A DNA stretch of 61,886 nt, counting the filler, from Sphacelaria rigidula (Eukaryota): NCBI GenBank assembly GCA_964200075.2. It is 10 parts of 10 records of this genome, joined end to end, with 100 filler letters (N's around TTAATTAATTAA, not from the genome) between each part and the next. Parts side by side here need not be neighbours in the genome. Positions count along the whole stretch, not along the records: positions 49,591 to 55,688 come from CAXNAA020022236.1; positions 55,789 to 61,886 come from CAXNAA020022237.1; 8 more parts are not named here. The stretch is one strand, 5' to 3'. The notes beneath the pieces are model-generated. The model ran no database searches. It saw only the letters and a list, made by a program, of their open reading frames with translations, and was not told the origin of the DNA. Both the position numbers and the translations under genes were made by a program. Positions 50,560 through 61,886 of the stretch are shown one piece after another (position 1 is the stretch's first letter; each line of letters opens with the position of its first letter).

Positions 50560-50885
50560 CATCCAGGTGACTCGGTTATCCTCGAAATCCTCTGATGGTG
50601 GGGTCGTGGGTTCGAATCTCTCGAGGTCACACGATGTGGGAGATTTTTTTCAGTGATATCAAGCCCGACAGCGGAGAGCGACTCGTTCATGGGTACACAA
50701 AATTTCGATCTCGTGGTCGACGAGGTAAAGGCACTGCTGAATAATTTTTCCGCGATAAAAAAAAAAGGCAAGCACCGCAGAAGGGAGATGGAAGGCTAGA
50801 ACCAGAAACCCGAATAAAAATCCAGTGTAGACCTTCCTACGTGTAGACTGGCGTCCAGAATAGATGAGATGGCAACCTACACACG
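50560..50885 (+). mobile_element. Diverged copy of the same tRNA-derived SINE
   Basis: ggttcgaatct B box; body collinear with the other copies. Confidence 0.75.
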
Positions 50886-50973
50886 CGCACACATATTGTA
50901 CACGTGGACCTCGTCCCAACATGAATCTGCACTGAAGTTTTTTCCGACAAAAAATGGGAACTCTTCACACCCT

Positions 50974-51128
50974 GGACAATATATGGTCAATAGATGCAAT
51001 AGACAATGTACTGGGTAGAGTATAGACATATTGCACATATTATCGGTAATATATAGTCTGCAGATGCAACAGAAAAAAATGTGCTGGGTAAAGTACAGGC
51101 CTATTGCACCTATTGACCATATATTGTC
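50974..51128. repeat. 28-bp inverted repeat pair, probable MITE
   Basis: gacaatatatggtcaatagatgcaatag / ctattgcacctattgaccatatattgtc. Confidence 0.6.
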
Positions 51129-51881
51129 ATTGTCCAGTTTTCTTCAGACTTCCCGCGAAAAGTTTTGCTTCGTGTTTCTTCAGCGAGTGTTTTTTCCATT
51201 TTTTTTCTCAAATCTCGGGTATGTCTATCATCTGGATGATGACCACGACTGGATCATGACTACCTGGGGGACCAGTTATTGAGCGACAACCAATCCATCA
51301 ATCGAAGCACAAAAAAGATCCGAGGAAGGAATACGCATACTAGTGGCGTAGATTAATAACATGCGCTCAGAATTTTGTGAGTTTGTAATACTTTAGATCA
51401 CGTGCTTCTCTGCGGCGCATGGCCGAATTAGTGCATGTTTACCGTTCCTTGTCGATGCGACACATCTTGTCTGTACACCAACAGGGACATGGGCGATAAC
51501 TGGCATCGTTGTCCGACAGGCACAAGAAGCGAGCCTAGGGGTACCCACCCCGAAGCAATACACTACGAGGCACGGTACACCGTAACTTGAAGCGATTGCA
51601 AGATCCCGCGAAGAGACGAGGAAGTTAGGGTTTGTGTACTTATATTGCTGGATAATATCACCCAGGCCCTCTGGTAGTAATGTTTTTTCGGACAGCATGT
51701 CTTCAATAAAGGGTTTTTCTTCGGGGGTGGGTAGGGTTTGGTGTTTTTTTCTTTCTTCACGAGGAGAAGACGATTAAAAAAAATGTTTGTTTGAGGATGG
51801 AATGGAAATGTTTGTTGAGATGAGAAATGCATTTCATTTCTGGGCAAGGGAAAGACAATATCGCATCTCATGAACCCCACT

Positions 51882-51928
51882 ACCACCACCACCACCACCA
51901 CCACCACCACCACCACCACCACCACCAC
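51882..51928. repeat. (ACC)n microsatellite
   Basis: Pure trinucleotide run. Confidence 0.95.
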
Positions 51929-52008
51929 AGAAGCCTTTGGCATATTGGGGGGGAGGGGGGGGCGGATGTGACCGGCAAGATAGTGATGTGACAGTTTTCT
52001 CGCTATAC

Positions 52009-52199
52009 GGGCCTGTCTTAGCTCATGAGTTTTCGATCGAAAAAGTGCGGTGGAAAACAACAATCCTGATCTGACAGGTCATGATTTCAACCATCTCCAA
52101 AATAAACGACGATGGTTGAAATTACGACCTATCAGATCAAGATTTTTGTTTTCCACCGCACTTTTTCGATCGAAAACCCATGTGATGAGACAGAGGGCC
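52009..52199. mobile_element. Near-palindromic foldback MITE (family G)
   Basis: ~85-bp inverted arms around a ~12-bp spacer. Confidence 0.78.
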
Positions 52200-52200
52200 T

Positions 52201-52508
52201 AACAATGTTTTCGTGAGATTGAGAGTAGAGCGCGGATTGGAAGTGGCTTTGATCATTCGCTTCAACTTAGCCATTTTTTCATTCTGTGTGGGCTCTCCTT
52301 TGTCTCCATCACTGGCGTGTGCGTACAGCTACACGTCGATATCCTATTCAGGGATATCAGGGGCCTCAGTGGCAAGCTACTACAGAAAGATTATCGAGCC
52401 TCGTGGAGGGGGCATATCGGAACTGAAACGATTTATTCCCGAATTGGCCGCTTTTCATTATCAATTATCAATCGTACCCTCTGTTCTCAATCTCACGAAA
52501 ACATTCTT
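52201..52508 (+). mobile_element. Intact family B MITE
   Basis: 21-bp perfect TIR core AATGTTTTCGTGAGATTGAGA; homologous to 15802-16385. Confidence 0.8.
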
Positions 52509-52580
52509 CTATGTGGGTTCTCCTCGCTGGTTACGATCGATTGATTGGAGGATAGTCGCACATTTCACCGGCCCCGCAGT

Positions 52581-53285
52581 ATCCAGCCTTCGGTCACGTG
52601 CTAGACGTACGTGAGATCAAGAAAATCCAGCCTTTAGTCACGCGCTAGACGTACGTGAGGTCAAGAAAATCCAGCCTTTAGTCACGTGCTAGACGTACGT
52701 GAGGTCAAGAAAATCCAGCCTTTGGACACGTGCTAGACGTACGTGAGGTCAAGAAAATCCAGCCTTTGGTCACGCGCTAGACGTACGTGAGGTCAAGAAA
52801 ATCCAGCCTTTAGTCACGCGCTAGACGTACGTGAGGTCAAGAAAATCCAGCCTTCGGTCACGTGCTAGACGTACGTGAGATCAAGAAAATCCAGCCTTTG
52901 GTCACATGCTAGACGTACGTGAGATCAAGAAAATCCAGCCTTTGGTCACATGCTAGACGCACGAGAGATCAAGAAAATCCAAATGGTCACATGCTAGACG
53001 CCCGTGAGATCAAGAAAATCCAGCCCTTAGTTACACGCTAGACGTACGTGAGGTCAAGAAAATCCAAATGATCGCATGCTAGACGCACATGAGATCAAGA
53101 AAATCCAGCCTTTGGTCACGTGCTAGACGGACGTGAGATCAAGTAAATCCAGCCTTTGGTCACGTGACAGACGGACGTGAGATCAAGTAAATCCAGCCTT
53201 TGGTCACATGCTAGACGTGCGTGAGATCAAGCAAATGCAGCCGTGGTCACATACTACACGTACGTCAGATCAAGCAAATGCAGCC
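52581..53285. repeat. 44-bp tandem minisatellite, 16 units plus a partial unit
   Basis: Consensus ATCCAGCCTTTGGTCACGTGCTAGACGTACGTGAGATCAAGAAA, head to tail with no spacers; two 41-bp variant units. Confidence 0.95.
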
Positions 53286-53730
53286 TCGAAAAAAGCTTTC
53301 ATTTGATATACTGTGCCATGGGTGCGGAGCGACACCATGGAAGATAGCAACAAAGTGGGGCAGACCTGAGAAGTGAAGTGATTTTCCCCGCCGTATAGGC
53401 CGTACATTTCGTATCAGTGGTGGGGGTTGTGTTATTCATACCCGCTTGTCCCCTTCGCTGCAGTGTGTAACGTTCAAGCAACACACGTATTGGGCATTCG
53501 GGATTCCTGCTTTCACACGGGAAAGAGGATGTGTAGTGATATTGCGTCCCACCTTCCAGTAAACACAAACTAATCGGAAACAAGAAATGCCCAGCAAAAT
53601 GATACACACGTCAACCACACCCCGCTCCAACAAACGATTATTACCCACTTATTATTATTTCTTATTTTATTTTACTCCATTATCTTTTATTTATGAATGG
53701 ATTTAAATAACTTTTATATATCTTCAATAA

Positions 53731-54677
53731 CCCCCTTGGGACCGGGCCTCCAGAACGACCAATGAGGCTGGGTAGAAATGACGTGTCTGGCGTCTGCACC
53801 AAATAATGGCTTCATGTTGCTGTAATCGGCGTCTGTAACCACAGGGTTATGACGAAGACCGAAAGTTTTATCCAACCTATTTTCAGGTGCAGGGTGCGCA
53901 CAAGGAAATGTACATCTGATGTAGCAAGCAGTATGGGTCGCCGTAGAGGGCTTTCAAAAGGATGCGGCGACCGGCGGTCCGCCCGCCACTTGTGGCTTTG
54001 GATGATACTATTTATTGTCCCCATCACCTTGCCACACAGCCCTTTGTGGTCGGGGTGGGCCCCAATTTCCCTCTTTGTTGCAAGCGGTAAATTCTCTTCG
54101 AAGGGTATCAGCGTTGCGGCGCGCAGGCATACAGTATAGTACAGTACAGTGCAGTACGCCTCTCCGACTGCAGCAGCAGCTGCCGCTGCGTACTCCCTTG
54201 CACGTTCTGGGCAGTTCTCAGCTACTGAGATCAACTGCCTATATACCGCTTGTTCATCCCTGCTCACTACATACATGTTCACAGTATTCTGCAAGTCATC
54301 GGCAGAGGGATAATCAGAATTCATGATGGTAGCTCCTTCTGTCCTTCCACGGCCCAGCTGGGTTTAGTGGCTCGTGGAAATGACCACATTGTAGGGTGTA
54401 CATTCCTCCCCGGTTTTTCCCCCTCAATCATTTGTTAGTATAATCATCACGTTTCAGTATATAATTGCATCCCCCCCCCCCCCCCCCCGGAAAATCTCGG
54501 GAACGCTATACTGAAAGTGATACCATAAAACCAAACTGCGACCACCCTGCATTTGGAAACCTGGGAAGCCTTATCTGGGCCAGGGATAGGGCCCCCACAC
54601 GATCTTTGCAGTGAGGTCAAACTTAGTAACAACACAGGGTCAACCCCGTGTTAGTGGGGGGTCGGTCCCAATAGAGG
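53731..54677 (-). mobile_element. Second family F copy
   Basis: Collinear in reverse with 48137-49178; degenerate TIRs, ATAA/TCAA flanks. Confidence 0.7.
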
Positions 54678-55058
54678 TCAACTAATCAATGAAGATATTT
54701 TATCATATTTTACTTGAATTCAATTCAACTTTATTTATTTCATTTATTTACTTGAGCTGAATCGAATCGAATCGAATCGAATCGAATTGCAATGAATTGA
54801 AATGATCAATTGAATTCTACTAGTTTTCACTGTTCGTTTTGATTATTCCTGTGAAGTTTTTCATTTCCGCCGTTGAACGCGTGAGGACATGAGCAGCCCA
54901 AACAAATTGCTTTGACTGAGTTTGTTCGACGAGAGTCAACGCGGTGTGAGAGTCACTGATGGTCATGATCCAATCCGCGAGACCAAACCGCAAGGCGTGC
55001 ACAGGGGAAGAGGTAGGTAAATGGACCTCCTGAGACCACGGATGTGCCCGAAGAAGGG

Positions 55059-55587
55059 GATGCACTCATGATCATGCAGGCCATGGTCATGAGACCATTG
55101 AGCTTGCATCCCTACAAACCCGGGACGGAGCGCGCCCTATTTTCGCCGGACCAGGCTCGCGATCAATCACCAAGCGCGAAGCGCCGTGGTGTATTCGGCG
55201 NNNNNNNNNCGAAGCCTACTGATTATCTTGCATTTGAATGGCAACCTACGATGAGTTCCTTTATTTTCTGGTATCGCCACTTCCGGAAACAGCCACGGCT
55301 TACACACTGCCTCATGGGTGTCCCACCATTTGAACACCACGGAGTACGGTCATCCCCATTGTGCGGAGTTGGGATTCTCCCACGCCGCATGGCATGATCT
55401 AGCTTGACTACCATCATGGTCACCACAAAAAGAAACGCAAGCGCGCAAAAAAACACGGTAGCCTGGTTGCCTAGCTTACGCAGTAAGTGGCGTGTTTGAC
55501 AACGTCATCGCCAACCGACGCCAACCCCATCCGAGGTCCGCCCCTGCAAAGCCGGGACGGAGCACGCCGGGTTCTCGCCGGACCAGG
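55059..55587 (-). mobile_element. Second near-full-length family A copy
   Basis: Reverse complement is collinear with 32059-32639, including both repeat units; contains a short N gap. Confidence 0.85.
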
Positions 55588-56639
55588 AGCACTGTGGGGG
55601 GGGGGGGGGGGGGTTGAAAAAAAATTGTGGCGGAAAAAAGAGAAAAAAAAGGGGATTCATTGATTCCCCGTGTGTTCTTCCAATTTTTNNNNNNNNNNNN
55701 NNNNNNNNNNNNNNNNNNNNNNNNNNNNNNNNTTAATTAATTAANNNNNNNNNNNNNNNNNNNNNNNNNNNNNNNNNNNNNNNNNNNNCATCGACACGCG
55801 TGTACACCGCATTCGCTAGGTGCACCTAGCCACAGCTGCCCAACTGCTGCGGGCATTTTGGGGGGAAGATGGCTTCGCTCGGTTGCAAGTGTTTCGCGTC
55901 TTCCCTGCAAAGGAGAAACGCCACTTTAACCCCGTATTTTGTTTGAAATCCATTTTCTAGGATCCACTATTGATTGCGACACAGCGTAAAAACATGAAGA
56001 TAAAGCGATTGCCGGCCATAGTTGATGGGGCTGTATGGCAAAAATGGCGAAAGAGCAATCTGGGAAAGGTGGGATAGAGTAGTCGAGAATGTATGGAAGG
56101 AGATAGGAGGATACGGAGACGAGATGATGTCCATAGTTGAATGCGGGGGTACAAGACAAAAGTAAGAGACATGATATGAGTAAAGGAGAAAGAAACGAGA
56201 GGGGAAATAAAACAACAAATAGCACTGAAGATATGCGGTAGGTTGACAGAGGTGACAGGGATGAAAATATATTTCCTTTGCAAATCGGCAGTGGATGTTG
56301 ACGTCGCTGGGGGGCCTGCGGCATGATGGTGTTGGTGTTGTGAGTCGTGATGATGCTGGGTAACGGTAGACTTGTGGTCGGTGCGGATAGAACGGTGTTA
56401 TTTGATGTTGGGTTGGATGATTGTGTAAAGGGGGTTGGTATGAGTGTCGTGGATGATGTGGTTAGTGCGGGAGTTGCAGTGGCAGATGTTGTGTCGGGGG
56501 CGGATTCTGTACGCAATGAGCGTAGCTAGTGCCGCCAAGGCATTTCCGTCATTGCAGGTGGCGTCATCTCCGTCGGCGTAGCCTTCATCATGTTGTACAA
56601 AACTAGCAAGTTATTGGGAGTCGCTGCTGGGAAAAGGAT

Positions 56640-57850
56640 CACCAAGGGGGCCTATTCCCCGTGATGCGGTGCGCGTTTTCCGCAGAAGAATTCGCATGGG
56701 ACGAGGGTCTGTGACCTCGATCGCCTTGTCGGCGATCGAAAATCCTCCGCGCGTAGCCTCGTGGGTGGGTATCCCCACCTCTAACGCAGCAGTCATGACA
56801 TGCATATAAACCACAAGACCAATTATGTTAGAAGGTGCGAGAAGATTGTCGGGATGATCCGCAGTACCGACGAGGTGGCTACGACGTAGAGGTATCACTG
56901 TTGCCCCTACCTCCGTCAGAACCCCCATACCTTGATGATTGATGATGGTCGTGGCCGGCATTGTTGTGCCGATGCCTCCCACCTCGTCCATGACCATTCC
57001 TGTGAGATGACATTTCGTGACGGTGCTCGTTTTGGTGGTACAATATATTACACCACTTACGGTCGGAGCAGCGATCGCGGTGCCTATGGTTGGAGTGGAA
57101 GTGAGAGTTGTGGCGATGTTAGAGGCCGGTCTGATTGTTGTGGTAGTGATAGTGGCCGTGGTGGTCTGTGCAACATGTTTCGGTGTAGGATCACCCTCTG
57201 CCCCTCCCGCTGTTTCTCCTGCCTACCGATGCGACCCCGTCGGAACCGCCAGATGCCGTAGCTGTAAGACCACACTTCCACGACCATCATGCTCTACTCC
57301 TCAGCAATTCCGACTCATCGTGCACAGACAGTTTTGACGGTGCGTTCGGAAGTCACCGCGTCCATCCCTGGCATTATAACAAGCATGCCTCGCTGGATCT
57401 CGAAGTCGGAAAAAGTTCGGCGGACGCAGTGTCGGTTCGCATCTGGATCTGACAACATGAAGCCGAATTGGTGTTTTTTGTACCTGATTGAGTTAGGCGT
57501 GCTCAGGAAAACTCAATGCGACTCACCCAAATTTATCTCAGGTCTTTCCATTCCAGTTCGAGGCGGCCCTTGAGTGCCATGGGGATCACACTGTAATACT
57601 GAACAAAATAATAGTCCCACACTCCGCTTGGGCTGCCGTAGATGGCCATGTGCTCTACAATCTGGGGTACAGTAATCTTTTTCATGAATATGTCCCATGC
57701 TCTTTGAGCCTGATCAACTGCAACATGACCAAACTGCCTTCGTAGTTCCGGCTCGGGCTCGATGAATACTGTGATCGGGATTTCCGTGAAAAGGGCATCG
57801 TAACGTTTCTCTTTGCGAAAGTAGGCTGCCATCTGTGCTTGGGCAACACG
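56640..57850 (-). pseudogene. Decayed Ty1/Copia-type gag (UBN2-like) with a degenerate zinc knuckle
   Basis: AQRAWDIFMKKI..SPSGVWDYY..KGRLELEWKDL/..GESH*VFL..IRYK..GFMLSDPDANRH..DFE, followed by a G/R-rich linker and a CEFFCGKRAPH-like motif; many disruptions. Confidence 0.6.
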
Positions 57851-58093
57851 ACACCCGGCCTCCAGGGTGTCGCCTACTTGTACAGACCCATCCCAAGGAG
57901 GGGTGCTATTATAATTACTGACTCTTGCAGTGGTTGCCTGTGTTATCTGGTCCTCCTTGTGAATATCTTGCCTAGACTGTCGGGGAAATAACCCGGGGTT
58001 ACTGACTTGATCTCTATATCCTGTGCTTGTGTTTACGGGGTTACCCTCAGGCCAGTACTCTCATAATTCATGCCTCTCTCTCTCATAGTCCGC

Positions 58094-58298
58094 TGTAATG
58101 CGTGAGAGGACCGCGTACTTAGAGGACCGCATCGGAATTTGAACATCCCTATGGTTAGGGTTAGGGTTAGATTCAGGATTATGGTCAGGGGCGTGGTACC
58201 TGCAGGGACTGGCCCGATTGGTTTTGAAAAACATCGATCCTGAGGTGTTTTGAACTACGGCGCGGTCCTCTAAGCACGCGGTCCTCTCACGCATTACA
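58094..58298. mobile_element. 205-bp MITE with 37-bp TIRs, 6-bp TSD and an internal telomere-like tract
   Basis: GTCCGC|TGTAATGCGTGAGAGGACCGCG..CGCGGTCCTCTCACGCATTACA|GTCCGC; ggttagggttagggttag at ~58153-58170. Confidence 0.88.
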
Positions 58299-59081
58299 GT
58301 CCGCGATTACTTCGCGCTTGGCTTCTTGATCACCCCACTTTGTTTGGCTCCCATGAGCCGTAACTCCTTGGTCAGCGTTTCTCTCCCTTGTGCTGCCATC
58401 GCTCAAATGTCCCTCTGATACTTATTTCCTGTACTCAGTTCTCAAAATTTCTTCTTATTGTCTCTCATGCCAGCGTCTAGCGGAGCTCTCTTCTTCGCTA
58501 GCGTATTCGATAGCTCCGTACACAGCAGAGTCTCGACAGTGGCGAAAGTGTATCATCTGCTTGCAATATTCACTTGTTTACTCTTGACACATCATACATG
58601 GATCATACAATGTACGCTCCTCCCGAGCTGCTATGTGCATACACTCTATCTGAATGCAAATGACGGAGCGACGTCGGCTCGTGACATATGCGGTACATTT
58701 GTCAGGATACAGCCCCGCCTTCCTAGTTGGTCTGTTTTCCGACTGTATCCCAAATACATTCCACATTCAATCTCACCAAGATTGTACACAAACCAGCTCT
58801 AGTGCACAGGTACAAGAATCCAGCCCGAGCATAGAAATTGAATTCCCCCCCTTAGTTCTGAATATATATATATATATATATATGTGCGCCCTTCCCTCAA
58901 CATTTTCACTGCGCAACGATGAAGCGTTGCCGCATGTAGTGACGATGACGGTGCTGGTGATGGTGTCATTGACGGTCGTGATAATGACGACGACGAATCA
59001 AACACCAGATATATACCGTTACCCTAATAGTCATCTTGCGCTCTTCTCCATGACAAAATATTTTTTATTGTTGTAATCCAG

Positions 59082-59486
59082 GACGCTGGGTCCAAGGCAA
59101 TACTGAGCGGGTTGGTGTCAGCGTCATCTCGACTGCTGTTATCGTCATCGTTCAACGGGACCGGAAATGCAGAGTGCCAAAAACCTCACTCCAAGTACAT
59201 AGATCTCGTGGCGGAGTGGAGGCTGGATCCCGCCATGTTCAACAAGCCCGCTAGCTCTATCATTCAACTGTTCCCGGGAAACTTCGGGGATTACATCGGA
59301 AGAATCGAGACTTCCCGGCTCTACCATGATTATCTCCCAGTCTTCGTAGCTATGCTGGCCATCCTCGGGGTCTTGGTGTTAATGCTCAAGAGAAGGGCTT
59401 ACGTTGCCGTGCGAGAATCTACGTCCACTTCGAAGGTGATTACGCCTCAGAAGTCTGCAGCTGCTGACGAGGTGTCCGAGGCATGA
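59082..59486 (+). CDS. Terminal exon of a probable single-pass membrane protein, function unknown
   Basis: atccag|GAC acceptor, open to TGA. Hydrophobic LPVFVAMLAILGVLVLML is followed by KRR and a short tail. Confidence 0.65.
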   Translation, partial: DAGSKAILSGLVSASSRLLLSSSFNGTGNAECQKPHSKYIDLVAEWRLDPAMFNKPASSIIQLFPGNFGDYIGRIETSRLYHDYLPVFVAMLAILGVLVLMLKRRAYVAVRESTSTSKVITPQKSAAADEVSEA

Positions 59487-60049
59487 TATGTGTCAACATC
59501 ACACTTCATTTCAGCACCCGACTCGCGTATCGATTCAAGCGCAGGATGAACTCGAGCGGCCCGCGGCCGAAAAGGCACACCTCGTTTTCAGTATGATCGG
59601 TGAAGGCCAAAGCTAGGACCCACTTAATCGTTCTGAACGCTGGTGTGTAGACGTTTGAAAGCAGCCGTATGATACGGCACGCGGAAGCTGCAGGCCAAGA
59701 TGCACCGACAGCACTTGGAACCGACAGCACCAATACCAGCTCATCATAGCCTACTCTAGATAATTAGAGCATTGTGTTTGGTTCCCATCTCTGATTTGTT
59801 CAGCTCTTGTTACTGATGGTTTCGATTTTGTTTTTTTGTTTCGCCTGTGCACCCCCCCCGCCCCTCCTCCCCCCCCGGGAAACGAGCCTGGCTCTGTCTT
59901 CTTGTCTCTTGTATTCCTTTCTCTGGGTTTTGATGCTTGTATTGTTTCTTTCCTTTCATTTCTCTCGTAGTTTTTTGTTCTATTTCTTCTTTTTCTGATC
60001 ACGAGCTGGAGTGTTGCAACCAGCTACGTAATGCGAGATATATATCTTG

Positions 60050-60151
60050 TTGTGTTGTATGTGTTTGTGTTTGTGTTTGTATTTGTATTTATGTGTGTTC
60101 GTGTGCGTTTGTGTGTTTGTGTTTGTATTCGTGTGTGTGTGGTTGTTGTTA

Positions 60152-60214
<63 letters not shown>

Positions 60215-60222
60215 TTGTTGTC
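60050..60222. repeat. Compound microsatellite (TGTGTT)n / (CTG)n / (TTG)n
   Basis: Direct inspection. Confidence 0.9.
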
Positions 60223-61566
60223 GCTGCTTCCTTTCTTCTTTCCGTGCTGAGGCGGTTGCTTCTGTCTTTTCCTATTTTATTTTATTTTTCTCATGCTGTT
60301 CTTTTGTTCGCTGCTCCTGACCATGGGCTAATTGTTGCGATCAGCTAATATAAGATAACCAATCAATCAATATCTCGCCATGTCGTAAGCCACGTGCGTG
60401 GTGGGGCGGGGGGTGGGCACCTGGAATGTAGTGGGTGCGGAAAGACAGGAAAAAAAGCAGGGTAGTTTGCATATTGCTGTGTGTTGCGATTTACAAACCG
60501 TGACTCTTGTTTCCTAGGAGATGTTTACTTGATATTTCGCGGCGGGTTGACACATACGGTCTTGCTGAACACAACACCATAGCCCAGCTGGGGGCTCGAC
60601 ACATACACTAGAACAGATGCTACTTTCCTAGTACTTTGAAAAATTAGTATTTTGCGTACTTGCATCAGTGTAAACATCACCTGATATATCCCACCACGTT
60701 TTGTTTCCCAACATGGTCATGACTGCTCCGCAGCAAAAACGAGAGGTGAGCCACGAGTGGTCCCACGTTCTACAACAAAAACTGAAGAAGTACAAGTGCA
60801 CACAACCAACGCGAACATTCCCTCCAAATACCTCAACGTTGCGCTGCAGCACGGCAAACCGCATGCCATCCCCCTACCTTACACTTATGAAAAATTATGC
60901 CGCTGCCCTTACTGCTGTCAAACTTGATGTGCGCCAACTCCCCGATGACGGTGCGATTAATCAACGGGACCGCCACCGGCTACTGCACCCTCCCCGTGCG
61001 GGTGCGAGCCAAACGTGTCACCCGCCCACCCACCCCGCCCACCTGTCCTTTAACCTGGTTGCGATCAAAGAGTGGTGGCCAAAACCGCGAAAAGCGCGAT
61101 TCACCAAACACCTCAGCCGCAGCCCTTGTCGCTCCTTCGCTCGCTCCTTGGCGATTTCTTCATGGGCGACGACCGTCGCCAACACCAGCCCTGCTGGCGC
61201 TGGTCACCCGGTCTCAAACCTCGTCGTCGTGAACCGATTTAGCCTGCTGCGTGATCATGCCCCTCCCTATGTTCCTGAAGATAACGCAGAGATCAGTGAA
61301 AAAAAAGTGAAGACTGCCTAGCGGAGCTAGATGAATGTGAGATGTTGGGGATACTGACACCGTGACCACGAGCTGCATTTTCCTTGTTCGCCCCTTTCGC
61401 GACCTGAAGGGGTGGGTGGGAAAAAGGCAGCGGCCGAATGGTGACCCATTCCGTGGTAAAATGTTCTGGATTCAGACAAAACACTATATTCGTGAGCTTC
61501 AGAACGTAGTTCCTCTAAGGGAACCCTAGGTTCCCGGAGAGGTCTCACCGGACCTTAAAAAAAAAG

Positions 61567-61603
<37 letters not shown>
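61567..61603. repeat. (TGTC)n microsatellite
   Basis: Pure tetranucleotide run. Confidence 0.95.
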
Positions 61604-61886
61604 GAAGCAAGTTCAGTCGAAGCTCCAAACCACGCACTTTTTCGACTCAAACAGCCACAGCGCCAGCAACCACTCCACAACCACTCCATTGCGTAGCTGG
61701 AGTGATCCCAGGCAACCTCTCGCAAGTTTGAGCTTCATTGCTTCTTCCTTCGGTGTGTTTGGCGCGAAGGTCGGCAGGGACCATCTTGCCGCGCGTGGCA
61801 AGCCACACCCTCTTCTTCATCTTTCCAGAAAGAACGCGTTGCACACTGCTGTTTGTTTCATCCGTGCACATCATCAACCACTCACG

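Noticed and set aside
52581..53285. CRISPR array
   Set aside because: Units are contiguous with no unique spacers, there are no cas genes, and the context is eukaryotic.
59937..60348. Poly-Cys, poly-Ala and poly-Leu ORFs
   Set aside because: Translations of a compound microsatellite.
60701..61321. 206-aa ORF
   Set aside because: Non-ATG start, no recognisable domain and no clear splice signals; may be a decayed TE fragment but cannot be supported.

Overview
This is eukaryotic DNA, most likely from a brown alga (Phaeophyceae). That assignment is an inference from short GT-AG exons in long repeat-filled introns, a plastid-type ABC1 kinase, GGAI/FxxN repeat exons and TTAGGG motifs. The window is not a continuous locus. 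It is ten unrelated contigs of 6,099-6,098 bp, sorted by size and joined by artificial 100-bp linkers (N44-TTAATTAATTAA-N44), so nothing can be inferred from adjacency across linkers. Most long six-frame ORFs are spurious or antisense to low-complexity DNA. Host gene fragments recovered by splicing: a large low-complexity protein, an ABC1K9-like kinase (5 exons), a GT14 xylosyltransferase-like protein (2 exons), a Pmp/POMP-like repeat protein (one repeat per exon), an SLC25 carrier exon and a C-terminal membrane-anchor exon. Mobile DNA: an intron-containing, decayed Sola/DUF7869-like DDD transposase, a deleted Ty3/Gypsy element, a Copia-type gag relic, an RTE LINE relic, a deleted plant-type mariner, piggyBac-like and other MITEs, a tRNA-derived SINE and a 44-bp minisatellite. 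The most unusual element is an unclassified ~560-bp non-coding repeat (family A, about 11 copies or fragments in 6 of 10 contigs). It repeats its 5' end near its 3' end, has predicted structured termini, a fixed 3' end with variable 5' truncation, and sits in C-rich tracts.
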